From a virus, in the UHGV virus genome UHGV-0211321: a DNA stretch of 34,484 bases. One strand, written 5' to 3'. How positions within the stretch are numbered: position 1 is the first letter of the stretch; each line of letters starts with the position of its first letter. Positions 25,119-34,101 of this stretch are shown here, one piece after another. The notes under the pieces are model-generated. The model saw only the letters and a program-made list of their open reading frames with translations, made no database searches and was not told the origin of the DNA. Position numbers and translations under genes: made by a program.

Positions 25119-25547
25119 ATGGAAATTGAAAATTTTGAACAAAAAAAACAGATTTTATCAAATTTATTAATTGATGGTTTTGATAACGCAAACTATTCAC
25201 ATAAACTTTTATTTAAAAGCGAGCTAGATGATGAAAAAGAATTTGATAAGCAAAAAGACTTAATGTGCGCCTTAACGTATTTAAATCAGGCTCACGCCAG
25301 CTTCACAAATGCCTACACCTTTATTGCTCTTAACGATGAACTTCTTGGTGGTCGTCAAGAATTTGACAACATATTACATCAGTTCACTGAATTTAATACA
25401 GAATTCTTAAATAATGTACGAACCAACCACAGCCATCAATGGAGTGATATAGAATTTAAGCGTTTAGTAGATTTCTTTGAAGCAGCAAGCGGTTTATTAA
25501 ATGGCCACGAAAGAATTCAAGGTCTGATTAATGAGGCTAGAAAATAG
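25119..25547 (+). CDS. opposite-strand moron gene: 143-aa acidic, predicted helical protein of unknown function
   Basis: The only plus-strand gene inside the minus-strand block. SD gaggtga, own promoter, own terminator. No recognisable motif. Track start 25110 is in frame but lies inside the SD. Confidence 0.6.
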   Translation: MEIENFEQKKQILSNLLIDGFDNANYSHKLLFKSELDDEKEFDKQKDLMCALTYLNQAHASFTNAYTFIALNDELLGGRQEFDNILHQFTEFNTEFLNNVRTNHSHQWSDIEFKRLVDFFEAASGLLNGHERIQGLINEARK

Positions 25548-25563
25548 ACAATAATTGTTTCCC

Positions 25564-25590
25564 AGCCGACCTTACACGTCGGCTTTTTTG
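25564..25590 (+). terminator. rho-independent terminator of the moron
   Basis: agccgac-cttacac-gtcggct followed by TTTTTTG. Confidence 0.7.
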
Positions 25591-25653
25591 CTTTTTTTAA
25601 CATTTCTAACTATTTAGCCGAGCAACTATTATTCGTTACGCGATATTCTTTTT

Positions 25654-25851
25654 TTATTTATCCCATTTGGTAAAAATCATTGGTTCCGGCATAATCTGAT
25701 CATCCTTTAGCAACGCATCAGGATATTTTTTTCTTAGCTTCTTATTATTCGTATATGTTTTAAGCAACCATTGACTTGCTTCACTTTTGCTTTCACCGGA
25801 AAAATAAATTTTCCCTGTTTGGATGCCTGCAAGTTGAATCATCATTTCCAC
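25654..25851 (-). CDS. hypothetical early protein (65 aa)
   Basis: ORF with tight spacing to its neighbour, no motif. Confidence 0.3.
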   Translation of the reverse strand: MEMMIQLAGIQTGKIYFSGESKSEASQWLLKTYTNNKKLRKKYPDALLKDDQIMPEPMIFTKWDK

Positions 25852-25852
25852 C

Positions 25853-26041
25853 TCAAATTAGATTTTTTTCTGCTAAATGGAGCAAAAGTAATCCGACATC
25901 AAGAATCTTTTGATCCATTATTTCAGCTACTTTGCTCGGCTTAACTCCTTGAGAAAAGAGCAAGCGTGCTTGCTCTATCTCTTCGTGAGTCCAAATAAAT
26001 TTGGCTTCCTCAAGGATAATTACTGGATCAGTTGATCTCAT
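25853..26041 (-). CDS. hypothetical early protein (62 aa)
   Basis: ORF overlapping the upstream stop. Possible HTH. Confidence 0.3.
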   Translation of the reverse strand: MRSTDPVIILEEAKFIWTHEEIEQARLLFSQGVKPSKVAEIMDQKILDVGLLLLHLAEKNLI

Positions 26042-26613
26042 TGTTCCTCTGGAAAAATGATGTCTTCCTTATGTTTGGACCAGCTATCTGCATATGGAGC
26101 AAAGTATTGTCTAGCTAGTTCGATTTGATCAATTAAAGCAGTCTCTGATAATTCATGATCTGCAGCAATTTCACTCATACTATCGCCTTCATCTAAACGG
26201 ATAAGAACGTCTCGAATATTTACGGTGACATTTTCTGGTAGTTGTAATGTCGTTGCTGTTTTAATAAAATCATCAACAGTTTCTTTCGATACTAAGATTG
26301 TTACATTTTCAACTTCTTCTACACCATCGCCGACATCAAGTGAAGTCTGTTCTTCTTTGAGCATTTCGATTGTGCCATCTGAATTCACAACGTATTCAAT
26401 ATTTGGTTTCTTCGTTTGTTTGTTTACTGGCACTGTGTATTCGATTGTTTCTGGTTGAATTACTACAGTCACTGTTGATCCAAGAAACTCAGTTAGATTT
26501 TCAGTGCTACCTCTCAATGATCCGTTGCTAACAACTAGTAATACTTCTGTGTTCCCATTTGATTTTGATGTTACTTTCTTTAATTCTGGTCTGAAATTCA
26601 CTTGTTTTGTCAT
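26038..26613 (-). CDS. hypothetical early protein (191 aa, acidic)
   Basis: ORF translationally coupled to its neighbours. Confidence 0.45.
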   Translation of the reverse strand: MTKQVNFRPELKKVTSKSNGNTEVLLVVSNGSLRGSTENLTEFLGSTVTVVIQPETIEYTVPVNKQTKKPNIEYVVNSDGTIEMLKEEQTSLDVGDGVEEVENVTILVSKETVDDFIKTATTLQLPENVTVNIRDVLIRLDEGDSMSEIAADHELSETALIDQIELARQYFAPYADSWSKHKEDIIFPEEQ

Positions 26614-26614
26614 T

Positions 26615-27070
26615 TTATTTTCCCTCCATTAATTTCTTTTTTCTTCGTTCCGTTTGTCTTTTCCGCTGCTGTCTTGCTGATTCAAAACAATCCATTTCAA
26701 TGAATTTATTGATTTTTGAATCGAACTTAGCAAATGTCACTGGAAAGCCGTATCGATGAGCAAACATCTTCATTTTCAGCATAGAGATCGCATCTTGATA
26801 ACCTTTGACATCAATCACTTTTTTCACTTGGCCATTCTCATAAATCACAAAATCAGCTCGGTAATAAATCGGTGCAATCTTACGATCGTTGCATAGATAC
26901 CCTTCTTGCAGCAGAACATTTTCTTGCATGGCACAGTAGGTTTCAGATAAAGGCATAAAACTCATACCGTTTCGTTTTAACTTCATGTAATAACGAGCTT
27001 CTGCTTTAGAATCAAAAGTGATGCCGTCTACTTCGTGCTTTTTGTTTCCGTATTTGCTTCTTGTTGCCAT
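26615..27070 (-). CDS. DUF1064-family phage protein (PD-(D/E)XK-like)
   Basis: N-terminus 'SKYGNKKHEVDGITFDSKAEARYYMKL' matches the DUF1064 signature common in Firmicute phage replication modules. Confidence 0.5.
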   Translation of the reverse strand: MATRSKYGNKKHEVDGITFDSKAEARYYMKLKRNGMSFMPLSETYCAMQENVLLQEGYLCNDRKIAPIYYRADFVIYENGQVKKVIDVKGYQDAISMLKMKMFAHRYGFPVTFAKFDSKINKFIEMDCFESARQQRKRQTERRKKKLMEGK

Positions 27071-27258
27071 TTGCTATACTCCTTCTTTAGTCTTTCGAGT
27101 CGTTCTTTCGAACGTCGTCCATTTTCATTGCATATTGGACAAGGTTCACAAGTTGACCATCCAAGCGATGTCTTATACCAAATAACCGTTTCATCGTTGC
27201 ATTTTAGGCAAGTCATTTTGCACCTCTCATCCAAGCTTGATTGCTTTTCGGACGGCAA
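27028..27258 (-). CDS. small Cys-rich zinc-ribbon protein (76 aa)
   Basis: CLKC...CEPCPIC pattern. Confidence 0.35.
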   Translation of the reverse strand: MPSEKQSSLDERCKMTCLKCNDETVIWYKTSLGWSTCEPCPICNENGRRSKERLERLKKEYSKWQQEANTETKSTK

Positions 27259-27455
27259 GCCTCTTCCCTTACTGGTATAGCTTTTGGTCCTGAAAAACGC
27301 CGTTCTGGTTTAATAACCTCTACTACTTCGCCACCACAGACGCTGGCAACAAGCTGGGCTTCTTCTTTTGTTTCGTGGTGATCCGCATATTCAAGACTTG
27401 CTTCACCATATCCACGATCATTCAGATAACACATTTTCTTTACTACAAAGGTCAA
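27213..27455 (-). CDS. hypothetical early protein (80 aa)
   Basis: ORF overlapping both neighbours. Confidence 0.3.
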   Translation of the reverse strand: MTFVVKKMCYLNDRGYGEASLEYADHHETKEEAQLVASVCGGEVVEVIKPERRFSGPKAIPVREEACRPKSNQAWMRGAK

Positions 27456-28306
27456 ACTGGATTCCTCCTTTTATCTGTCGTTGTTTTGAATACAGCGATG
27501 TTTCCTTTCGTTCCATTCATCACACGAGAGAACACTCGCTCGCCGTATGCGTGTTTTAATTGCTTCGATGATAAATTAGTTGTGAAGATCGTTGCTTTGT
27601 TTAGACGAGCTTCTGTGAGCGATGTGAGAACATCGACATCGTATGGCGTTGCTTGGTTGTTTTCTTCCATTCTTCCTAGCTCCGCACCTAAATCATCAAT
27701 CACTACAAAATCCGTCTTTTTAATTTCAGCCATCAACGAACCTGTCACAGCTTTTCTTGCTTCTGGATCATTCATTGCAAATTTCAATTGCTCTAATAAT
27801 TCTCGATAGCTTATAAATGAACAGGCAATTTTATAATTAGATGCCATCATTACTTCTTTGATCACTGCAGCACCTAAATGAGTTTTTCCAGCTCCTGTTC
27901 TACCGGTTATCACTGCATGGATCGTGCTACCATTTACAATTTTTTTAGCCCATTCTTGAGCCATCGCTTTTATTTGTGCTGTTTCCTGATCAACTACTTT
28001 GTATCCATCAAAATCGAAGGTCCATATGGCATCATCTGTAACCATTGAACTGTTAAGCATTCGATTGATAGCGTCCTTTTTCCTTGCTTCATTCGCTTTT
28101 TGGATAGCTTCTTTTTGATTTTTAGTTACCATTTCTCGGTAACCACAAATCTTATTGATACATGTAGGACCGCATCGATCAGTACCATCTTTATTTTTTG
28201 TTTTCCAGATATACAATGGATCACCACATTTCGGACAATTATGATCTGCTGTTTTTAATCCGCCGTAAGGTGCAGCCATTGCACTTAGTTTTTTATTCAT
28301 TACCAA
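27452..28306 (-). CDS. DnaC/IstB-like AAA+ helicase loader with N-terminal zinc ribbon
   Basis: Walker A 'GRTGAGKTHL', Walker B 'FVVIDDLGAE'. N-terminal CPKCG...C..C. Confidence 0.8.
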   Translation of the reverse strand: MVMNKKLSAMAAPYGGLKTADHNCPKCGDPLYIWKTKNKDGTDRCGPTCINKICGYREMVTKNQKEAIQKANEARKKDAINRMLNSSMVTDDAIWTFDFDGYKVVDQETAQIKAMAQEWAKKIVNGSTIHAVITGRTGAGKTHLGAAVIKEVMMASNYKIACSFISYRELLEQLKFAMNDPEARKAVTGSLMAEIKKTDFVVIDDLGAELGRMEENNQATPYDVDVLTSLTEARLNKATIFTTNLSSKQLKHAYGERVFSRVMNGTKGNIAVFKTTTDKRRNPV

Positions 28307-29085
28307 TCCTCACCTGTTTCTGGTAACTCATCATTAGAAATATTTTGTTGTTTTCTTTTGTTTTTTTGGACAGCCATCTTATCAAAATGTTTTCTCAAAC
28401 TCGTTGGAGATAAGATCACACCTGACCAGAAGTCATTACTAGTAGCCCAAACGATCATGTCTTGTACTTCTTTTCCAGTTCGTTTGTCAGACTCGATTGT
28501 TAAACGAATCGTATTCGCCCATTTATCCAAATCAGGTTCTTTGATGTTTTGATTTTTTCGAATGAGTTTTAATAAAAGAATGGCCAATTTTTTATTTGGA
28601 TCATCGTCTGCGTACTCTCGTTTTTTTCGAGAGGTACGAGGATTATTATTGTTTACATTGTTATTCATTGTTTTATCATTGTTGTTTGTGTGTTTCTGTG
28701 ATGCTTCTGCGTCGTTTTGCTGTCGTTTCTGTGTCGTTTCTTTAGATTCGTAACGTTGATAAAAGTCATAATTGACAATGGTTATAACAGTTTTTTTACT
28801 GTCGCTTTTTCGAATCAACATTTGATCATCTTCCAACATTTTTAAAAACCGATTTACTTTGGTGTTTGACCAACCCCATCTTTCACATAGCTGTCTTACT
28901 GATGTAATAAATTCCCCACGATTTACCTCTATTAGTTGGCCGTCAAATAAAAATTTATTATTCTGGTGATTGGCATCCATCAGCAAATCTAGCCACGCTT
29001 CGTATTTAGAGAAAACTCTTTTTTCTTGATATACCCAGTGATCTCGGATATTTCGGTGAAGTGCTATCCAGCCTTTGTCTGCCAT
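28300..29085 (-). CDS. replication initiator / replisome organiser (winged-helix N-domain, low-complexity linker, C-domain)
   Basis: N-terminus 'WIALHRNIRDHWVY...KYEAWLDLLMDANH...ITSVRQLCERWGWSNTKVNRFLKML' resembles phage replisome-organiser N-domains. Asn-rich linker. Immediately upstream of the DnaC-like gene. Confidence 0.65.
   Translation of the reverse strand: MADKGWIALHRNIRDHWVYQEKRVFSKYEAWLDLLMDANHQNNKFLFDGQLIEVNRGEFITSVRQLCERWGWSNTKVNRFLKMLEDDQMLIRKSDSKKTVITIVNYDFYQRYESKETTQKRQQNDAEASQKHTNNNDKTMNNNVNNNNPRTSRKKREYADDDPNKKLAILLLKLIRKNQNIKEPDLDKWANTIRLTIESDKRTGKEVQDMIVWATSNDFWSGVILSPTSLRKHFDKMAVQKNKRKQQNISNDELPETGEDW
28640..28750. repeat. iteron-like direct repeats inside the replisome-organiser linker region (candidate origin of replication)
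   Basis: CATTGTT repeated three times with about 10-11 bp period (28656-28683), and TGTCGTTTCT repeated twice (about 28730-28750). Confidence 0.4.
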
Positions 29086-29100
29086 ATAATCACCACCGTT

Positions 29101-29919
29101 CTATAAATCGTCCATGCTAGTGAATCCAGTTATTGGAAGATTACCTCTACAGTACTCGCACAAACCGCAATGGTTCGGCTTCTCTTCGCCGTTCTTCACT
29201 CTGACAATTCTTTCAATTTTTTCTTTTAACATAACCAGCTCATAATCCATATTGTCCTGATCAATCGTGATCAGTCTTGCTTCGCTTGGTGTCTGCTTGG
29301 ACACTGCGGCGATGATCGGCATAAAACTTTTTCCATATTGTTGGAAAAGTAATTTCTGGTAAATCGCCATCTGAAGCACGTAACCAAAATTGACAATGAA
29401 CGTTTCTCTTGATCCATAGTTTTCGTTCCATTTCCGCTCGTGCATGTCTTTGGTTGTTTTGATATCAACAAAATACTCATCCTCAACATTCAAGCAATCA
29501 ATCTTGCCTTTCCATGTCGTTCCGAATAGTTCCCCAGTCACAATCGTTTCTTTCTCACCTTGATAGATGTTCATGAACACTTCTTCTTGTTTAAGTCGTT
29601 CAATCATTTGTTCAGCAATTTGGAAATCTTTCAACAATCCATACGGCTTCCGACTAGAAAACATTTTTGATTTATTTTCTTCTTTGAACGCTTCATGTAC
29701 TTCTTTTGATTCAAAATAAGAATGTACGTAGTTTCCTACGAGTAAGGCTTTGGGATCCGACGTCGGTGCCCAATCGCCTTTCAACTTTGCTAAGGCTGCG
29801 GCTTCACATTTTAAAAAGGATTTATATTGTGATGTTGACATGTACTGCCAGTCAGCTTCGTTGGAGTAATAATTTTCATCAGAAAGGGTACTCATCGTCT
29901 TCAAATTCTGAGACATCAT
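29101..29919 (-). CDS. PD-(D/E)XK nuclease (Cas4/RecB-like) with C-terminal Cys cluster; partner of RecT
   Basis: 'IDCLNVEDEYFVDIKTTKD' (D...E.K) and C-terminal 'HCGLCEYC'. Directly downstream of RecT. Confidence 0.6.
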   Translation of the reverse strand: MMSQNLKTMSTLSDENYYSNEADWQYMSTSQYKSFLKCEAAALAKLKGDWAPTSDPKALLVGNYVHSYFESKEVHEAFKEENKSKMFSSRKPYGLLKDFQIAEQMIERLKQEEVFMNIYQGEKETIVTGELFGTTWKGKIDCLNVEDEYFVDIKTTKDMHERKWNENYGSRETFIVNFGYVLQMAIYQKLLFQQYGKSFMPIIAAVSKQTPSEARLITIDQDNMDYELVMLKEKIERIVRVKNGEEKPNHCGLCEYCRGNLPITGFTSMDDL

Positions 29920-30901
29920 CTACACCTTCCTCACGTCCAAAATCTGGAATATCGATCAGTTCTTCTTGCACTGGCTCGATATCTTCTTTATCAATAAAAT
30001 GAGCTTGTTCAATTTCTGGATGACCAGGAACATCAGCAACACGCGTTGTTCCTTCTTGTACATCATCAGGAATCACGATTGGTTCAGCTTCTGTTTGAAT
30101 TGGTTCAGCAATATTTTTGTTTGAAAAGAATTTTTGTTCGAGAGTAGCCACTTTTTCTGTTTGTGGCGTTACATCTTTCCGATCATTGTCAAATTCATTT
30201 TCTAACGTATCTTTTGCAGCTTGAACTAACAAACCGTTATCGTTGCTTGTGTTGATTAATGCTTTAGCTGCTCGATTAATCACTGTCCGTTTAGCCATTT
30301 CTTCTGGAAATTCCTTTTGTGGTCCAGAACCCTTCATTTTTGACTTCGCCCAACTTTGATCGATTTGCTTTTTCGTCATGACTGTTGTGGTTTCTTTACC
30401 ATTTGCTAACTTGATGACTACATAGGCTGCAATGATTTCGTTGTCTAAATTCTCAAATTTTGTTTCATGTTTTTTGACAACCATGTTTGGTCCATCCATT
30501 GCAACTTCAAACTCATCGCCTTGTCGAACGACTACAGGCGTAATATCTGCCCCTCCAGTTACACGATCAAGGACCGCCATTGTTCCAAAATATGAACGCA
30601 TTAGCTGAACCTTATTTCCGTATTTAATGAAATAGCATTGTTTTTTTGCTGGAGATAACCCTTGAATAACCATGTCTAAAAGTGCATTAGAAATGGAGGT
30701 TTTCATTTCTTGATTGTTTGCAGCCATTTGTAGCAAATTTCCACCTGTGTTGTTAGTAAGTTCGAAAAAAGCACTTTTTAACGCATTTTGTGGACTATAT
30801 CCTGGTGGCATTTCTAAGCCTTGTTCTTGTAACCGTCCAAGATTACTGATTACCTGCTCATCTAATGAACGTTGTGTTGTTTGTGTTAAATCATTTGCCA
30901 T
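29879..30901 (-). CDS. recT: RecT-family single-strand annealing recombinase
   Basis: 340 aa. Core region consistent with the RecT family and acidic C-tail. Paired with a nuclease gene. Confidence 0.7.
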   Translation of the reverse strand: MANDLTQTTQRSLDEQVISNLGRLQEQGLEMPPGYSPQNALKSAFFELTNNTGGNLLQMAANNQEMKTSISNALLDMVIQGLSPAKKQCYFIKYGNKVQLMRSYFGTMAVLDRVTGGADITPVVVRQGDEFEVAMDGPNMVVKKHETKFENLDNEIIAAYVVIKLANGKETTTVMTKKQIDQSWAKSKMKGSGPQKEFPEEMAKRTVINRAAKALINTSNDNGLLVQAAKDTLENEFDNDRKDVTPQTEKVATLEQKFFSNKNIAEPIQTEAEPIVIPDDVQEGTTRVADVPGHPEIEQAHFIDKEDIEPVQEELIDIPDFGREEGVDDVSEFEDDEYPF

Positions 30902-30903
30902 TC

Positions 30904-31110
30904 CTAAATTCCTCCTAATTCAATCTTTGGATAATGTTGCTGGACGTACTCTAGAATTGCGTCTACTGGTACATAGCCTTCTTCTGTTAGATAGCAAGTA
31001 TCACCTGGATACAAAGAATTTCCTTGCCAATCAACACCGACAGGACTAACTTCTTTTGGTGGTTGCTGTCTTGCGCCTAAAGAATCAAAATCATTCATCG
31101 TGATCACCAC
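30904..31110 (-). CDS. hypothetical early protein (68 aa)
   Basis: Translationally coupled ORF. Confidence 0.35.
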   Translation of the reverse strand: MVITMNDFDSLGARQQPPKEVSPVGVDWQGNSLYPGDTCYLTEEGYVPVDAILEYVQQHYPKIELGGI

Positions 31111-31444
31111 GATAATAAATCATTGCTCTCAACTCGCTTTCAAGTGCTTCAATCCTTTTTTGAACTGATTTGGAAACAAGATTACGAATTTCTTCTTGAA
31201 TCTCTGTGATACCAAGATCACGTTCAAGTTGGACCTTATGCCACCTGCTTTGTTCTTCTTGGAAAAAACCTCTCCCTAAAAATTGAGTAGACACACCGAT
31301 GGAAATATCAGTCGTAAGCTCATTAAGATTATTCAGTGCTGGTGATTTCAAGCTGATAAGTAAATCTTCCGCCTCGTTGATTTGATCAATGATATGTTCC
31401 ATTTTTAAAATTTGCTTTTTAGCTACATCCTTTACACTCATCAT
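31091..31444 (-). CDS. hypothetical coiled-coil early protein (117 aa)
   Basis: ORF with SD, helical composition. Confidence 0.4.
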   Translation of the reverse strand: MMSVKDVAKKQILKMEHIIDQINEAEDLLISLKSPALNNLNELTTDISIGVSTQFLGRGFFQEEQSRWHKVQLERDLGITEIQEEIRNLVSKSVQKRIEALESELRAMIYYRGDHDE

Positions 31445-31451
31445 TTACCTC

Positions 31452-31676
31452 CTAAAATTCCCAAAATAATTTAACACTTCCATCTTCACGTTGAATGTTT
31501 GAAATACCTTCACTTTCTAGTGCTGCTAGAAATGATGGTGTAAATCCTTTTGAACAAACAGTGCAACTCGTTTTTCCATAGCCTGCTGCAGTCAAGATTT
31601 TTTCTTGGATATCTTGTTGCGCTTTATTCATCATTACTTCGAATATTTCATCGCCTAGTCCTTTAACTGAAATCAT
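31452..31676 (-). CDS. hypothetical early protein (about 74 aa)
   Basis: Track ORF 31452-31742. The start at M23 (31676) is coupled to the upstream stop. Confidence 0.35.
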   Translation of the reverse strand: MISVKGLGDEIFEVMMNKAQQDIQEKILTAAGYGKTSCTVCSKGFTPSFLAALESEGISNIQREDGSVKLFWEF

Positions 31677-32005
31677 CAGAATTTGATACCACCTTTCTTG
31701 CGATCCATTTTTTCGGCAAACCGTAGAAAGTCCTGATACCATTCCTCAAACTCTGGATCTTCATATTCAATGCCAAACAATTGTTTTAAAGTACCATGAG
31801 TTTCACAATTGCAATTATTATTCTGCAAATCACGTTTTGTTTTCTCATACTGTCGGTAAACACTCCACGCAACCAAGCTATCGTTTCCAGCTTGTCCAAG
31901 AACGACTTCCCCTTTTTCATCGACTACACTAACTGACATTCCTAGATCATCATTCGCACATTCAGCTGCTAACTCTTTAATTAAATTTTGGATTTTTTCA
32001 TTCAT
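31676..32005 (-). CDS. hypothetical early protein (109 aa)
   Basis: ORF with SD. Confidence 0.4.
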   Translation of the reverse strand: MNEKIQNLIKELAAECANDDLGMSVSVVDEKGEVVLGQAGNDSLVAWSVYRQYEKTKRDLQNNNCNCETHGTLKQLFGIEYEDPEFEEWYQDFLRFAEKMDRKKGGIKF

Positions 32006-32036
32006 TGTGATAAACTCTCCTTGTAATTAGTATTTT

Positions 32037-32744
32037 TCAGGACACGATTCTGCTTGCCGGCGTTCGTGTCTTTTTTTGATAGCTATATCGAGCAGCTATC
32101 AGTTTGTGATGATTATCAATTTGTTTTTTCATTACGTCATACCAGTTCTGACTAGCCTTTGTACGATCGGGTTTTATAGTTATTTCTCCTTGTTTCCTTA
32201 ATAGACAAATTTTTCTGAAAAGCTCGTGCTTTGGTCTATGCAGTAGTCTAGTTAAATAATCAATATTTAATACGTAACCATTTTTATCGAATTTAATTTC
32301 TGATATTAATAACTCAACTTCTCTTTTTGTGTACCTGCGTTTTCGATTGCTTTCTAATTGTCCATTTTTCTTCATGATATTAAGACGACAGCGAATCGCG
32401 TTTTCAGTTCTATTCAATTCCTGCGCTATTATTGTTACTGGACAACCTGACTGATACATAGAAATTATTTTTTTATCTTCTTGCTGACTGTAACGTTTGT
32501 TAGGCGGTTCGATTGGATCATCCCAATAAACTTCATCGATCAAATCTTTTTTACGCATTTGATGGATTTTGGGCCAAATACGCTTTTTATCTATCCCAAG
32601 TAACTCAGCTAATTCATTACAATTACAAACAAATCCGCGATGGTCGTATCTGACATTTTGAATAAGAAGTTGCTCCTCTTCCCTTGTCCATTTGTTGTAC
32701 GACAATTTTCCAACCTCCTTTTTATAAAATGGCAAAAACAACAA
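32037..32744 (-). CDS. protein with three tandem HTH (Myb/SANT- or sigma-r4-like) repeats
   Basis: Three about 45-aa repeats: 'WTREEEQLLIQNV...ELAELLGIDKKRIWPKIHQMRKK', 'YSQQEDKKIISMYQSGCPVTIIAQELNRTENAIRCRLNIMKKNG', 'YTKREVELLISEIKF...LTRLLHRPKHELFRKICLLRKQG'. Confidence 0.5.
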   Translation of the reverse strand: MLFLPFYKKEVGKLSYNKWTREEEQLLIQNVRYDHRGFVCNCNELAELLGIDKKRIWPKIHQMRKKDLIDEVYWDDPIEPPNKRYSQQEDKKIISMYQSGCPVTIIAQELNRTENAIRCRLNIMKKNGQLESNRKRRYTKREVELLISEIKFDKNGYVLNIDYLTRLLHRPKHELFRKICLLRKQGEITIKPDRTKASQNWYDVMKKQIDNHHKLIAARYSYQKKTRTPASRIVS

Positions 32745-33003
32745 ACAATAAAATGACGTTTAGAACTAAGCTGATATAGCAAAGTGCTTGCAGCTGACGA
32801 ACTTTGTATACTGGCTCTTTGTGTTCCGCAAGTGTTGCGAGCAGCATTTTATTGCTTATACGTCGCTTAATTGGTTTTCTAAATTCCATCATGTGTACAT
32901 GCTCCTTCCCTTCTGAAAAATATCGATCAATAATACGTTGTGCCTCTTCTTTTGTCTTAACAGTATGAGACATATGTCCATCTGTGATTGTGATTTCTGT
33001 CAT
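32722..33003 (-). CDS. small C-terminally membrane-anchored protein (93 aa)
   Basis: Hydrophobic C-terminus LQALCYISLVLNVILLFVVFAIL. Confidence 0.35.
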   Translation of the reverse strand: MTEITITDGHMSHTVKTKEEAQRIIDRYFSEGKEHVHMMEFRKPIKRRISNKMLLATLAEHKEPVYKVRQLQALCYISLVLNVILLFVVFAIL

Positions 33004-33016
33004 GAGTGACCTCCCT

Positions 33017-33319
33017 TTAAACTTTGTATTTAGCCATCAGTTCATCGATGTCTTTTTTGTCATACCTTAAAAAGCCATCTATACGAATTTCTTTTAAACC
33101 GTGAGCTACTAACTTCTCAAAACCCTGATCATTTACACCTCCCACATACTTTCTAGCTTCGATTTTTTTCAAATATCGTGTTTCTGAAAGATTCTTTTTT
33201 GAAAGCTGATTAAGTGCGTCCTTCACAACTTCAACAATTGCAATTCTCAAACGAGTCAGAAACTCTTCGCTTAGAATATTCATGACTTGCCTCCTATCGA
33301 ATTTTATTTTTCTTTCCAA
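33017..33319 (-). CDS. excisionase-family HTH DNA-binding protein
   Basis: 100 aa, 'RYLKKIEARKYVGGVNDQGFEKLVAHGLKEIRIDGFLRYDKKDIDELM' fits the excisionase/MerR-like HTH_17 pattern. Located in the early operon, not next to int. Confidence 0.45.
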   Translation of the reverse strand: MERKIKFDRRQVMNILSEEFLTRLRIAIVEVVKDALNQLSKKNLSETRYLKKIEARKYVGGVNDQGFEKLVAHGLKEIRIDGFLRYDKKDIDELMAKYKV

Positions 33320-34059
33320 ACTCCATACTTAATAGCGAAATCCTTGACTACAGATAGATAAATTTCTTTTAACCTTTTATCACTTTCGATTACATCTAAC
33401 TTATTTGTCTTATCTCGCTTGGATTTTGGAACACCTTCGCCAGCCATACGGTTACGTAAATTGGTTAATCTAGTTTTGAGAGAGGAGCCAGCTCTACGAT
33501 CAACTTCTTCATATATCACTGTTTGAATTTCTTGATAAGCACCGTATCCGCCTTGAGTTTCCGCCATTTTATTTACGAGCTTTCGACATTCTCTACGCCA
33601 GTCAGTTGTATTCAATGCCACAATTTCAGTAATATTCTCCATTTGTGTTGCTAGACGTTTTGTCTCTAACTCTTGCTTAGCTACTGCGTTAAATATTCCT
33701 TGGAACATTTGAAGTTCTGGACTTAGCTTTGAAGTATCAAGTAATTGTTGTTTGTATTCTTTTTCTACTTCAATAAAATATTGACGCGCTTGTTTTCCTT
33801 TTTCTGTTCGTTGAATCATTGAGATTTCTTTTGCCATGTCCAATTTCATTGCATGGTCGGTAATATTCTGAATTCCTCCAGGGGTCGGACATTTTTGGGT
33901 CACCCTTACGAAATCTATATTTTCAACAAAACCATATTCCGCCATACGACTAAACCATTTTTTGTATTCTGTTGCCACCTCCAAAAACTCATGCAATTCT
34001 CTGCCGTTTACTAACTGCTCATTCTCCTCATTTGTTGTTACTTTGATTAGTTCTTTCAT
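33304..34059 (-). CDS. Rha-family phage regulatory protein / antirepressor
   Basis: N-terminus 'LVNGRELHEFLEVATEYKKWFSRMAEYGFVENIDF' resembles Phage_pRha N-domains. Second gene of the early operon after cro. Confidence 0.55.
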   Translation of the reverse strand: MKELIKVTTNEENEQLVNGRELHEFLEVATEYKKWFSRMAEYGFVENIDFVRVTQKCPTPGGIQNITDHAMKLDMAKEISMIQRTEKGKQARQYFIEVEKEYKQQLLDTSKLSPELQMFQGIFNAVAKQELETKRLATQMENITEIVALNTTDWRRECRKLVNKMAETQGGYGAYQEIQTVIYEEVDRRAGSSLKTRLTNLRNRMAGEGVPKSKRDKTNKLDVIESDKRLKEIYLSVVKDFAIKYGVWKEK

Positions 34060-34101
34060 GGATTACACTCCTTAAAAATGAATAAATATGTTTTTCATAA
34101 G

